The position numbers were made by a program, and so were the translations under genes. From assembly GCA_035259385.1 (NCBI GenBank), contig DATFWL010000130.1, forward strand, positions 33,319 to 97,318: a stretch of DNA of 64,000 nucleotides, read 5' to 3'. A model generated the notes under the pieces. The model made no database searches. It saw only the letters and a program-made list of their open reading frames with translations, and had not been told where the DNA came from. Shown piece by piece: positions 10,401 through 18,004 of this stretch (the stretch's first letter is position 1; every line of letters starts with the position of its first letter). Origin of the DNA: Vicinamibacterales bacterium (GTDB lineage Bacteria; Acidobacteriota; Vicinamibacteria; Vicinamibacterales; CAVVIG01).

Positions 10401-10461
10401 AAATGCGACGCAGGCGCTGCAGCCGCGCATCCTGACGCTGGGAGCGCAACTGCACTTCTGA
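7438..10461 (+). CDS. TonB-dependent receptor with N-terminal carboxypeptidase-regulatory-like domain
   Basis: AAGGAGG SD before ATG 7438. Signal peptide, then AGVVRDTTGAVLPGVTVEVASPALIEGTRSAISDSQGQYKILDLRPGTYSVTFTLPGF (CarboxypepD_reg), a long beta-barrel and a C-terminal …LGAQLHF. Confidence 0.9.
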   Translation: MAIERLLRRVFVGVSLVFLLPSGVLAQSAIAGVVRDTTGAVLPGVTVEVASPALIEGTRSAISDSQGQYKILDLRPGTYSVTFTLPGFSTVKRDGVELPANFTAPVNGELKVGSLEETVTVSGASPVVDVQQAVTQQVLPQALLDAVPTGGRNIQSIGATLVGVTQSQPDVGGAQGMQQTYLAAHGSDPKDNYIMVDGIRLNGIEGDGAIQQYFNEGMFSEMSYQTGGISAESSGGGVRLNMIPKDGGNTLRGDVFFSATGIDLQANPLTQDLIDQGLQAGNALESIHDLNVSAGGPIVKSRLWFFGSTRHWGVNQTLANSFYPAVPFTPTDTSFVPDRTNQAVDNNLIKSYMTRFTWQVSPKNKLAFYFDRLIKFRGHEQNSAVAGGVSVWSEDTFSTRQPKQYYMTEAKWTGVWSTRLLFEAGIGVNNESYTTGELQPGLEDCLAAGTCNPIPKFNVTDGQEWGAPPTPFYVHTPVRGTAITSLSYVTGSHAFKTGFELSHGKSGLQRRWQNPNINFYQRYRTTNGVTAPVQVTIFNTPTEEFDNLNADLGIYVQDTWTLKKLTLTPGVRWEYFNASYPDEGVSRESQALMLAEGYQERVLFPGQTMPTFKNVAPRFGASYDVFGDGKTAIKASVARYNSAFSTVTFPQVYNPMVLSTDTRNWLNPAATNNVFIPGVSQLGPSTNSSFGLITRTPDPNISRPYNVEMTVSGQREIRPGMSASFGYFHRHYYNLLYTDNTALDVPDAFSPITIQNPCYALTGGAKPCGGNQPQTLTIYKINPSLVGKGAPVIDRNSPNNYRVYNGIEGSLMARLHGGAQVFGGFLTARQISRLCDSTDGTGTIAFAQASNPNYTLYCDQTQFDIPFRTQFKLGGTYPLPYGLNVSGTFQSYPGTRNYGSGATNFDYLQQTYLVPTALLTPGQAQETINLNTPGSLYLQRWNQLDLRFAKKFKLPGGNGYWQLQGDVFNALNAHPLLAVTTNWGTALGNATQALQPRILTLGAQLHF

Positions 10462-10470
10462 GATCAGAAA

Positions 10471-10638
10471 GGGGCTCGGGGCTGGGGGCTAGCTGTCAGG
10501 GGAGACTGGGACTAGGGGACTGGGGGACTGGAGGACTCCGACTCTAGACGTCGTAGCGCGAAGGCTTCAGCCGAGCGCCCAGCTCGCCCCGAGCCCCCTC
10601 TGAATTCAGCTAGCCCCTAGCCCCCAGTCCCGAGCCCC
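10471..10638. repeat. long composite hairpin: G-rich word arms (ggggctcggggctgggggctagctg / cagctagcccctagcccccagtcccgagcccc) around a GTAGCGCGAAGGCTTCAGCCGAGCG core
   Basis: The arms are imperfect reverse complements. The core matches the REP-like element at 26318-26396. It lies between convergent genes. Confidence 0.85.
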
Positions 10639-10645
10639 GTCTGCC

Positions 10646-11926
10646 TCAGTGCTCAGGACGGAAGTGCGTGCCGCGTGTCTCCGGGCCCAGCCACAGCATC
10701 AGGATCACCAGCGTCCCCGATCCAGCAATGCACGCGGCCATCGCCGTCGACAGCGCATAGCCGCGGTCCTGCATCATCCCGACGATGAACGGCGTGGACG
10801 AGCCGAGACCGGCGCCGACGTGATACGCGAATCCCGCGCCGACCGCGCGCACGATCGTCGGAAAGCGCTCCGTCAGATAGCCTGGCACCACGCCGAAGTT
10901 GCCGGCGCCGAAGAATCCCATCGCGAGCGCGCCGGCGATCAACAGCGCCGGGTTCTCGGTGAACACGTACAACGGCAGCGACAGGATGCCGATGAGCGTC
11001 GCGATCGTCGCCGATCCGCGGCGACCGAGCGCCCCCTCCGACAGCCGGCCGAAGACGACCGCGCCGGCGATGCCGCCGATGTTCAACGAGGCCATGTACG
11101 GCAGCGTCTGCCGGTGCATCTGTCCGAGCAGCGTCGGATACCAGTAGGTGATCGAGTGGTACATGAAGAGGAAGGCGCCCATCAGGATCGACGTGTGCAG
11201 CGTCGTCGCGACGAGATCGCGCTGAAAGAGACGCGGCAGGGACAACGAGTCCTTCTGGTTCTGCTCCTGCAGGTGGCGCTGCCGCTCGAGCCACACCGGA
11301 CTCTCGCGCACGCCCTTCATGATGAAGAACACCAGAAAACTCGGCAGGATCCCGATCCACAGCATCACGCGCCAGCCCATGTCGGTGCCTGCGTTCACGA
11401 CTGGGTAGACGAACTGGAAGACGAGCGACGACAGGAGGAAGCCCATCGAGTAGCCGCTCTGCATCATCCCGGAGGCCGTGCCGCGCAGGTGGGCCGGCCA
11501 ATGCTCGAGCGTGAGCGGCATCCCCGCCGCCCAGACGCCGCCCATGCCGATGCCGAAGAGCGCGCGGATCGCGAACAGCATGCGGTACGACGTCGAGAAG
11601 CCGCCGAGGAACGAGAAGATCGAGTACCAGAGGATCGAGAACATCAGCGGGCCCTTGCGGCCCCAGCGATCGGCCGCCGTCCCGGCGCCGATGCCGCCCG
11701 CGACGCGGAAGATCAGCGTGATCGTGCCGAGCAGTCCGGCCAGCGCCGCGTCGACGGTGAAGCTCCGCCGGATGTCGACGAGCAGGAAGGTGATGATGGT
11801 GAAGTCGAATCCGTCGAGCACCCAGCCGAGATAGGCCCCGGCGAACGCTTTCCACTGCGTCGGCGTGACATCGCGATACCAGGCGCCCCGGGCGCGCGCC
11901 GATTGTTCGAGGGAAACGTGGGCCAT
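10646..11926 (-). CDS. MFS transporter (sialate/organic-anion:H+ symporter-like)
   Basis: 426 aa, 12 TM-like segments. Motif A-like GTAADRWGRKGPL. N-terminus WKAFAGAYLGWVLDGFDF is typical of NanT-like MFS proteins. Confidence 0.85.
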   Translation of the reverse strand: MAHVSLEQSARARGAWYRDVTPTQWKAFAGAYLGWVLDGFDFTIITFLLVDIRRSFTVDAALAGLLGTITLIFRVAGGIGAGTAADRWGRKGPLMFSILWYSIFSFLGGFSTSYRMLFAIRALFGIGMGGVWAAGMPLTLEHWPAHLRGTASGMMQSGYSMGFLLSSLVFQFVYPVVNAGTDMGWRVMLWIGILPSFLVFFIMKGVRESPVWLERQRHLQEQNQKDSLSLPRLFQRDLVATTLHTSILMGAFLFMYHSITYWYPTLLGQMHRQTLPYMASLNIGGIAGAVVFGRLSEGALGRRGSATIATLIGILSLPLYVFTENPALLIAGALAMGFFGAGNFGVVPGYLTERFPTIVRAVGAGFAYHVGAGLGSSTPFIVGMMQDRGYALSTAMAACIAGSGTLVILMLWLGPETRGTHFRPEH

Positions 11927-11945
11927 GCCGCGCAGATCTTAACCC

Positions 11946-12043
11946 TTCTGCCTTCCTGCCGTGCTTCCTGCCTTTCTGCCTTCCTGCCCTGAATTCCTGC
12001 CTTCCCGCCTTCCTCCTTCCAGCCTTCCTCCTTCCGGCCTTGC
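11946..12043. repeat. degenerate direct tandem repeat of ctgccttc-type words (about 12 units, pyrimidine-rich strand)
   Basis: Read directly: ttctgccttcctgccgtgcttcctgcctttctgccttcctgccctgaattcctgccttcccgccttcctccttccagccttcctccttccggcc. No opposing arm was seen. It lies between two co-directional genes. Confidence 0.85.
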
Positions 12044-12053
12044 CGTCTCGCTC

Positions 12054-13169
12054 TCAAATGCCAACGAACAGCCGACGCCGGTGCATCTCGACCATCACGA
12101 CGGCCCACAGCCCGACGTACGCGATCGCGTAGGCCAGCGACGCCGCTTCCGCCGGGCGCAGCCACGACGCGAACGTGTGGCGGTAGAGAAACCCCTTCAG
12201 CGTGTCGTCGCCGCCGATGAGCCAGCGCGTCAGCACGCTGTCGAATCCGACCGAGAGAAAATACGCGGCCAGCGGGTTGCGTCCGTACGCGGCGAAGGGG
12301 CGGGACCAGGCGCGCCAGCCGAGCGCGTCGATGAGCCAGTGGCACACGGCCAGCGTCTGCGCCGCCAGCCCCGCGCTGAAGATCGCAAACGAACTGGTCC
12401 ACAGGTTCTTGTTGATCGGCAACACGCGCCCCCACGCGAGGCCGACGCCTGTTGCGACAACGCCGGCGGCGAACAGCCACAGCGATCGGTATGGCACGCG
12501 CGGTTCCTTCAACCAGTCGCCGGCGAAGACGCCGCACAGCGCCGTGGCGATCGCCGGCAGCGTGCTGAGCAGGCCCTCGGGATCGTAGAGCGGCGTCAGC
12601 AGGTGACGCCCGAGGATCGCGCGATCGACGAACGACGCCAGGTTGCCGGCCGGCGTCAGCACGCCGGCGCCGGCGCCCGGGACCGGGACGGCGATCAGCA
12701 GCAGCCAGTAACCGGCGAGCAGCATGGCCGCGGCGGTCACCTGCTGGCGCCACGACGCGAACTCGGTGAGCAATGCGACCGCGGCATAGACGATCGCGAT
12801 CCGCTGCAGGACGCCCGGGATCCGGAAGCTCGCGAACTGCAGCGGCGGCGGCGTCTCGATCGCGTTGAGCACGAGGCCGAGGAGAAAGAGAATCGCCGCC
12901 CGGCGGAACACGTGAATGCGGACGACGCGCGCTTCGCCATGCCGGCGCGCGAGCGCGTAGGGAACCGCCGCGCCCATCGCGAACAGCAGGAACGGGAAGA
13001 CGAGATCGGTCGGCGTCCAGCCATGCCACGCCGCATGATCGAGCGGCGCGTAGACCGCCGTCCACGTGCCCGGTGTGCTGACCAGGATCATCCCGGCAAT
13101 GGTGAGACCGCGGAAGACGTCGAGGGACTCTAAACGAGCGGGTGGATCGCTGATGTGCGGCAACGGCAA
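12054..13169 (-). CDS. acyltransferase family membrane protein (DUF1624/DUF5009, heparan-alpha-glucosaminide N-acetyltransferase-like)
   Basis: LDVFRGLTIAGMILVSTPGTW…HAAWHGWTPTDLVFPFLLFAMG plus about 10 TM segments. The start is uncertain: the longest ORF begins at a TTG inside the AT-rich repeat. Confidence 0.75.
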   Translation of the reverse strand: MPLPHISDPPARLESLDVFRGLTIAGMILVSTPGTWTAVYAPLDHAAWHGWTPTDLVFPFLLFAMGAAVPYALARRHGEARVVRIHVFRRAAILFLLGLVLNAIETPPPLQFASFRIPGVLQRIAIVYAAVALLTEFASWRQQVTAAAMLLAGYWLLLIAVPVPGAGAGVLTPAGNLASFVDRAILGRHLLTPLYDPEGLLSTLPAIATALCGVFAGDWLKEPRVPYRSLWLFAAGVVATGVGLAWGRVLPINKNLWTSSFAIFSAGLAAQTLAVCHWLIDALGWRAWSRPFAAYGRNPLAAYFLSVGFDSVLTRWLIGGDDTLKGFLYRHTFASWLRPAEAASLAYAIAYVGLWAVVMVEMHRRRLFVGI

Positions 13170-13278
13170 TTAAGAATTAAGAAGTAAGAATTAAGAATTC
13201 GTGAACACGGCTCTCCGCTGCCGATTGTCTTGACAGCGTGCCACGAATTCTTAATTCTTAATTCCTAATTCTTAATTG
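13168..13278. repeat. AT-rich word hairpin (arms aattaagaattaagaagtaagaattaagaattcgtg / cacgaattcttaattcttaattcctaattcttaatt)
   Basis: About 35-nt arms built from 7-nt aagaatt words with GAATTC at the inner ends. A GC-normal loop of about 40 nt. Same family as 33007-33106 and 5652-5680. Confidence 0.9.
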
Positions 13279-13285
13279 CGCGCGA

Positions 13286-14275
13286 TCAGTAATCGCAGAC
13301 GTTCCGCCTGATGGGGAGCGTCACGCGCACCGAGGCCGGGCGGGAGAATACCTCGTTCGAGCGGGCGAAGCCGTCGAGAAACCAGTCCATCACGTGCATC
13401 TGCGTCTTGTACTTGCCCAGCGCCGTGCGCTTGGTCCTCGTCTCGGCTGGAGTCAGCGGGAAGCGCAGCCAGCCCGAGACGCCGCCGCGCAGCCCTGGCG
13501 GCGGAGCCAGCCGCGTCTCCTCGTCCTCGAACGGCCACGAGTAGAAATGCACGATGTAGTTCAGCACGTCGGCGGAGAAATCGGGCTGCACCCGCTTCAC
13601 GTCGGTGAAGGCGTCGGCGAGGAAGAACCACGCCGCGCAGTGATCGGCATGCTGATCTTCCTTGCGTGGCACGACGATCATCGTCGGCTTGAAGTCGGCG
13701 ATGATCAGCGCCAGTTCCTGCGAGAGATCCTCGCCGCGATACCTGGTGTCGGGCACGACGATCTCCGACTTCGGCGGCCGATCCTGCTTCGTATACGGAG
13801 ATCGATACGCCGCCCGGCGTTCCGACCAGTAGGTGCGCATCAGTTTCGCGAGGCCGCCGTCGGGGAAGCCGAGGAACGTGTACGACGCCTTGTCGAGCCC
13901 GAGCGCCAGCAGCGCGTTCCGCGCCTCGCGCCGCCGTTGGCGGCCGTAGCCGCGGTAATCGGTCGGGGCGGGCGACTCGACGTGGTCCTCGGTCTTCACG
14001 CCCTCGGGGTAGCCATCGCCGTCGGTGAGGTACACCACGTTGACGCGCCCGCCAGTCTCGTGGACCCGTTCCATCAGGCCGCCTGCGCCGAGCGTCTCGT
14101 CGTCCGGATGGGGCGCGACGACGAGAAGGCGGGTCTGGGGCGGCACCTCGAGCGTCGGCGGTGGCTGATAACGTCGCGCGGCATGTCGCCGGCCACTGGC
14201 GGTCAGGTCCTTCGGCGAGCACAGCAGCCCTACAGCAATCGCCGTAACTGCTGACAGACGCACTATTCCCGTCAT
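13286..14275 (-). CDS. PIG-L family deacetylase (LmbE-like)
   Basis: LLVVAPHPDDETLGAGGLM…VVYLTDGDG… and HADH motifs. There is a 4-nt overlap with the upstream BNR gene. Confidence 0.85.
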   Translation of the reverse strand: MTGIVRLSAVTAIAVGLLCSPKDLTASGRRHAARRYQPPPTLEVPPQTRLLVVAPHPDDETLGAGGLMERVHETGGRVNVVYLTDGDGYPEGVKTEDHVESPAPTDYRGYGRQRRREARNALLALGLDKASYTFLGFPDGGLAKLMRTYWSERRAAYRSPYTKQDRPPKSEIVVPDTRYRGEDLSQELALIIADFKPTMIVVPRKEDQHADHCAAWFFLADAFTDVKRVQPDFSADVLNYIVHFYSWPFEDEETRLAPPPGLRGGVSGWLRFPLTPAETRTKRTALGKYKTQMHVMDWFLDGFARSNEVFSRPASVRVTLPIRRNVCDY

Positions 14276-17244
14276 CTCACGGTAGAGGTGAGCAATCGGC
14301 GTACCCGCGTTTCGAGCGCGGCGACCGCGGTTGTCGCCTGCCGCGTGGGGGCGCGATCTGCACCTTCCACGACGTCGTACGCGGTGGCGAGGTCGGTGTT
14401 CACAGCTTCCAGTGCCTTATCGGATCGACCGGGTGCCGGCTGTTGGGCGCCTTCCGACGGCGCCTGCCGGCCGCTTGCGGCGAACGTTTGATTCATCAAG
14501 TCGGCGAGTTTGGTTGCGAGCGTGAACTGCTGGGTGAGTCCAAGCGCGTTGATTGTGGCACGCGGATCCATTTTCAGGGTCAACGGTTGCGTCAGTGTCG
14601 TCCCGTCAGCGGTCAGTTTCACCGTATACAGCCCTGGCAGCGCGAGCACCCCAAGCGGCTCGAGCGGCGTGTCGCGGTAGATCGCCGAAATCGGGAAGTC
14701 GCGCTGAACGGCGCCTGGCCGAGGGTAGCGCAGGTCCCACACGAACCGATGCATGCCCTTCGATGCCGGCAGCGTCCGCAGGGGACGCGCCCAGTACATC
14801 GGCACGTTGATCGCCCTCTCGTCGTACGGCTCCGGTTTGTCGTCGCTCGAATAACGACGGACGAGTCGCCCGGCTGAAGCCGTCGCGCCGCGACTGTAGA
14901 TTTCGAGCGTCACGGGACCGCGCGCGTCGCTCGCCAGGTAGTAGTCGATCACCGCGCCGTCGGGCGGATTTTGAGCGGCGGGCACTTCCGGCGGCAGCGG
15001 CGTGTCGGTGTTCTGGTTGCGGCGCAGGCGATAGGCGACGGCCGGTTTGAAGAGGATCACCGGACGCGCGGAGGCTTCAGCCGAGCGTCCGATCTGCCGC
15101 AGCGGCGTGATGTTGTCGAGGATCCAGAAACCGCGGCCGTGCGTCGCGACGGCGACATCGTCCCCATGGACGATCAGATCGCGCACCGACGTGTGCGGGA
15201 GGTTCAGGGTGATCGACTGCCAGCTGTCGCCGTCGTCGAACGAGACGTACACGTCACGCTCGGTGCCTGCGAAGAGCAGGCCGCGCGTCGCCGGATCTTC
15301 ACGGACGACGTTGACCGGCGCGGTGTCGGCGAGGCCGCGTGTGATCTTCGTCCACGACTTTCCCCCGTCTCGCGTGCGGAAGACGAGCGGCGTCAGATCG
15401 TCCACGCGGAACCGCGAGACCGAGATGTACGCGGTCGCCTGATCGAAGTGCGACGCGTCGATCTGCGTGACCTTGCTCCATGCGCTCAGCTCGGGCGGCG
15501 TGACGTTGGTCCAGGTTGCGCCGCCGTCCCGCGTCACGTGCACGGCGCCGTCGTCAGAGCCGGTCCAGATCACGTTCACGTTGAGCGGCGAGGGGCCGAT
15601 CGCATAGATCACGCCGCGGTGCTCGGCCTTCCGCGCATCGTCGAGATAGACGCCGAGCGATGGCGGCACGCCCGGATTGGCACGGGACAGGTCTCCGCTG
15701 ATCTTCGTCCAGCTCCGTCCGCCGTTGAGGGTCTTGTAGAGAAACTGGGTCGCGTAGAGCAGGAGGTGCGGATCGGCCTTCGAGAACAGGACCGGTGCCG
15801 TGCGAACGAACCGATCCGCGCCGCCGCGGACGACGATCGGACCGACGTTCTGCACCTCGCCGGTGCGCTCGTCGTAGCGCGTCACCTTGCCTCCGTAGAC
15901 GATGCCGGGGTGCAACGGATCCGGTGCCGCATAGCCGTACTCCTCGAGGCCGACTGGATGCCACTCGCGGAAGGTGATCTCGCCGTAGTCGCTGCGCGAG
16001 GCGACGCCTGCCGATCCGCTTTCCTGCTGCCCGCCGTACAGCCAGTACGGGAAGCGATTGTCGGCGGCGACGTGGAACATCTGTGCCGTCGGCTGGTTGT
16101 ACCACGAACTCCACGTCTCGCCGCCGTTGACGGTGATGGTTGCGCCCTGATCGGCGGCAATCAGGATGATGCGCGGATTGGTCGGGTTGATCCAGATCGT
16201 ATGGTAGTCGTCGCCGCCGGGCGCGCCCTTGATCGCGGTGAACGTCCGTCCGCCGTCCGTCGATCGATAGGTGGACGTGTTGGCCGCATAGACGATATCG
16301 GCGTTCGTGGGATCGACGCGCACGTTCGCGAAGTCGTCGCCGCGGCCCCAGACGCGTGCCTCCGTGTTCACCTGATTCCAGGTCGCGCCCGCGTCATCCG
16401 AGCGATAGAGCCCGGACGTGCGCGCGGTGACCCAGGCGTAGATGCGCTGCGGATTGGCTGGTGCGATGCCGATGCCGATGCGGCTCAACCCGTCGGCGCG
16501 CGTCGGCAGACCGCGCGTCAGCGGCTGCCATGTCGATCCGCCGTCGGTCGACTTGTAGAGACCGCTCGCCGGACCGGCGTAGGCGTTGTCGTATTCCCAC
16601 GGTCCCTGGCGGGCCGCCCAGAGGACCGCGTAGACCGCCTGCGCGTTCGACGGATCGAACACGAGGTCGATCGCCCCGGTGTCGTCGTCGCGGAACAGCA
16701 CCTTCTCGAAGGTTCGTCCGCCGTCGGTCGATCGGAACACGCCGCGTTCGGGATTGGCGCCGTAGGGGTGGCCGAGGGCGGCCACGAACAGGCGATTCGG
16801 GTCGCCCGGATCGACGATGGCCGCGCCAATCTGCCGCGCGTCGCGCAGGCCGAGGTGCTGCCACGTCAGACCGGCGTCGGTCGACTTGTAGATGCCGTCG
16901 CCGACCGAGAGATCGGGACGCTGCAGACCTTCGCCGCTGCCGACGTAGACGATGTTCGGGTCGGAGGGCGCGACGGCAATCGTTCCGATCGACTGTGTCG
17001 GCTGATCGTCGAAGATCGGTGTCCAGGTGGATCCGTAGTCGGTCGTTTTCCACACGCCGCCGTTGTTGACGCCGATATAGAAGACGTTCGGTTGCTGCGC
17101 GACCCCGGCCGCGCCGACAGTCCGCCCGCCGCGAAATGGGCCGACGTGTCGCCACCTGAGGTCGGCGTACACCGACGGGTCGACGCCTTGTGCGGTCGCA
17201 ACGACAGCTGCGGCCGCGAAAACGGCAGTGAGAAATGTGCGCAC
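14272..17244 (-). CDS. sortilin/VPS10-type BNR (Asp-box) repeat protein, secreted
   Basis: 990 aa. Signal peptide. Many Asp-box repeats (S/T-x-D-x-G-x-T/S-W: KTTDYGSTW, KSTDAGLTW, RSTDGGRTF, KSTDGGSTW, RSDDAGATW, TRDGGATW, TRDGGKSW, SFDDGDSW). Confidence 0.9.
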   Translation of the reverse strand: MRTFLTAVFAAAAVVATAQGVDPSVYADLRWRHVGPFRGGRTVGAAGVAQQPNVFYIGVNNGGVWKTTDYGSTWTPIFDDQPTQSIGTIAVAPSDPNIVYVGSGEGLQRPDLSVGDGIYKSTDAGLTWQHLGLRDARQIGAAIVDPGDPNRLFVAALGHPYGANPERGVFRSTDGGRTFEKVLFRDDDTGAIDLVFDPSNAQAVYAVLWAARQGPWEYDNAYAGPASGLYKSTDGGSTWQPLTRGLPTRADGLSRIGIGIAPANPQRIYAWVTARTSGLYRSDDAGATWNQVNTEARVWGRGDDFANVRVDPTNADIVYAANTSTYRSTDGGRTFTAIKGAPGGDDYHTIWINPTNPRIILIAADQGATITVNGGETWSSWYNQPTAQMFHVAADNRFPYWLYGGQQESGSAGVASRSDYGEITFREWHPVGLEEYGYAAPDPLHPGIVYGGKVTRYDERTGEVQNVGPIVVRGGADRFVRTAPVLFSKADPHLLLYATQFLYKTLNGGRSWTKISGDLSRANPGVPPSLGVYLDDARKAEHRGVIYAIGPSPLNVNVIWTGSDDGAVHVTRDGGATWTNVTPPELSAWSKVTQIDASHFDQATAYISVSRFRVDDLTPLVFRTRDGGKSWTKITRGLADTAPVNVVREDPATRGLLFAGTERDVYVSFDDGDSWQSITLNLPHTSVRDLIVHGDDVAVATHGRGFWILDNITPLRQIGRSAEASARPVILFKPAVAYRLRRNQNTDTPLPPEVPAAQNPPDGAVIDYYLASDARGPVTLEIYSRGATASAGRLVRRYSSDDKPEPYDERAINVPMYWARPLRTLPASKGMHRFVWDLRYPRPGAVQRDFPISAIYRDTPLEPLGVLALPGLYTVKLTADGTTLTQPLTLKMDPRATINALGLTQQFTLATKLADLMNQTFAASGRQAPSEGAQQPAPGRSDKALEAVNTDLATAYDVVEGADRAPTRQATTAVAALETRVRRLLTSTVR

Positions 17245-17261
17245 GACCGAATTATGACGTG

Positions 17262-17345
17262 ACGCTCGGCTAAAGCCTCGCGCTACGCCGTAGAAGCTGG
17301 CGCTTCTCGCGCGGTGCAGCTAGCCCCCAGCCCCGAGCCCCGACT
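17262..17345. repeat. composite element: reversed GTAGCGCGA-type core plus gcagctagcccccagccccgagcccc arm
   Basis: aagcctcgcgctacg is the reverse complement of the REP-like core. cagctagcccccagccccgagcccc is the exact reverse complement of the left arm at 10471-10495. Confidence 0.8.
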
Positions 17346-17374
17346 GTGTTATCGTTTTCGGCCAGAGGAGGCTT

Positions 17375-17932
17375 ATGAGGAAGGTGCTGCGCCTGCTGCC
17401 GCTCGCCATCGTCGCGTGCGGGCTCGTCGCCGGCCCGGCTGCCGCCCAGACCTCGACCGAACTCAAGGTCGGTGATCAGGCGCCGGACTTCACCCTTCAG
17501 GCCACTGACGGCAAGACCTACACCTTGAGCAGTCTCAAGGGCAAATGGGTCGTGCTGGCGTGGTTCCCGAAGGCGTTCACGGCCGGTTGAACGGCCGAAT
17601 GCAACTCGCTCCGTGAGAGCGGGGGACTGATTCGGAAGTTCGACGCGGCGTACTTCATGATCAGCGTCGACACCCTGGCCGACAACAAGGCGTTCGCCGA
17701 GAAAGAGCACGCCGACTTCCCGATGCTCGCGAACCCGGACAAGAAGGTGGCCTTTGCGTACGGCGTGATTCCCGCCGACGCGTCGCCGGAGCGCCAGTTC
17801 GCGCGTCGTTACACCTTCTACATCGATCCGACCGGCAAGATCGCGGACATCGACAAGGCGGTGAAGCCGGCCACATCCGGCCAGGACATCGTCACGCACC
17901 TGGAAGCGTTGAAGGTTCCGGAAAAGAAGTAG
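17375..17932 (+). CDS. peroxiredoxin (BCP/PrxQ-like, AhpC/TSA family), secreted; probable selenoprotein with UGA-encoded Sec at the peroxidatic position
   Basis: Track ORFs 17375-17590 and 17657-17932 are in the same frame, separated by a single TGA (17588-17590). Read-through gives …WFPKAFTAG[U]TAECNSL…, which is PxxxTxx[C] with TGA at the catalytic Cys. The downstream part (…ISVDTLADNKAFAEKEHADFPMLANPD…YTFYIDPTGKI…) is typical Prx. A SECIS-like hairpin follows. Confidence 0.7.
17595..17635 (+). promoter_or_regulatory. putative bacterial SECIS stem-loop
   Basis: Starts 5 nt after the UGA. Lower stem CCGAAU/AUUCGG, internal loop, 7-bp upper stem CUCGCUC/GAGCGGG (one G-U pair), and a 5-nt apical loop CGUGA lying 22-26 nt after the UGA. 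Confidence 0.55.
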
Positions 17933-17937
17933 CGCCC

Positions 17938-17998
17938 GGACGTAGCGCGAAGGCTTGACGCGAGTGACAGATGCTCGCGAGGCCGCCTTCGCGCTGCC
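17938..17998. repeat. REP-like hairpin (gtagcgcgaaggc … gccttcgcgctg)
   Basis: Inverted copies of the GTAGCGCGAAGGC core, with an inner cgcgag…ctcgcg pairing. It lies between convergent genes. Confidence 0.8.
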
Positions 17999-18004
17999 CC
18001 ATCG

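Noticed and set aside
7630-10455. Very long ORFs antisense to or overlapping real genes. Examples: 7630-10455 (941 aa), 4959-6908, 19262-21046, 23043-25052, 27000-28817, 30101-32155, 46034-47716, 62278-63990 and many 100-400-aa ORFs.
   Set aside because: They are Arg/Ala/Gly/Pro-rich with no recognisable motifs and have the wrong third-position GC pattern. Each lies opposite or out of frame to a gene with clear family signatures. This is the usual shadow-ORF effect in high-GC DNA.
11946-12043. Word repeats (here and at 44245-44327 and 13168-13278) as a CRISPR array or as coding low-complexity sequence.
   Set aside because: Units are 7-9 nt with no unique spacers and no cas genes. Frames through them give implausible peptides and lie outside the best-supported starts and stops.
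17588-17590. Treating the peroxiredoxin simply as a nonsense-mutated pseudogene or as two separate small genes.
   Set aside because: Not fully excluded. However, the stop is a single TGA exactly at the catalytic Cys codon, the frame and GC3 bias continue undisturbed, the second fragment has no SD or sensible start, and a SECIS-like hairpin follows. Sec recoding is the better reading pending a check for sel genes.
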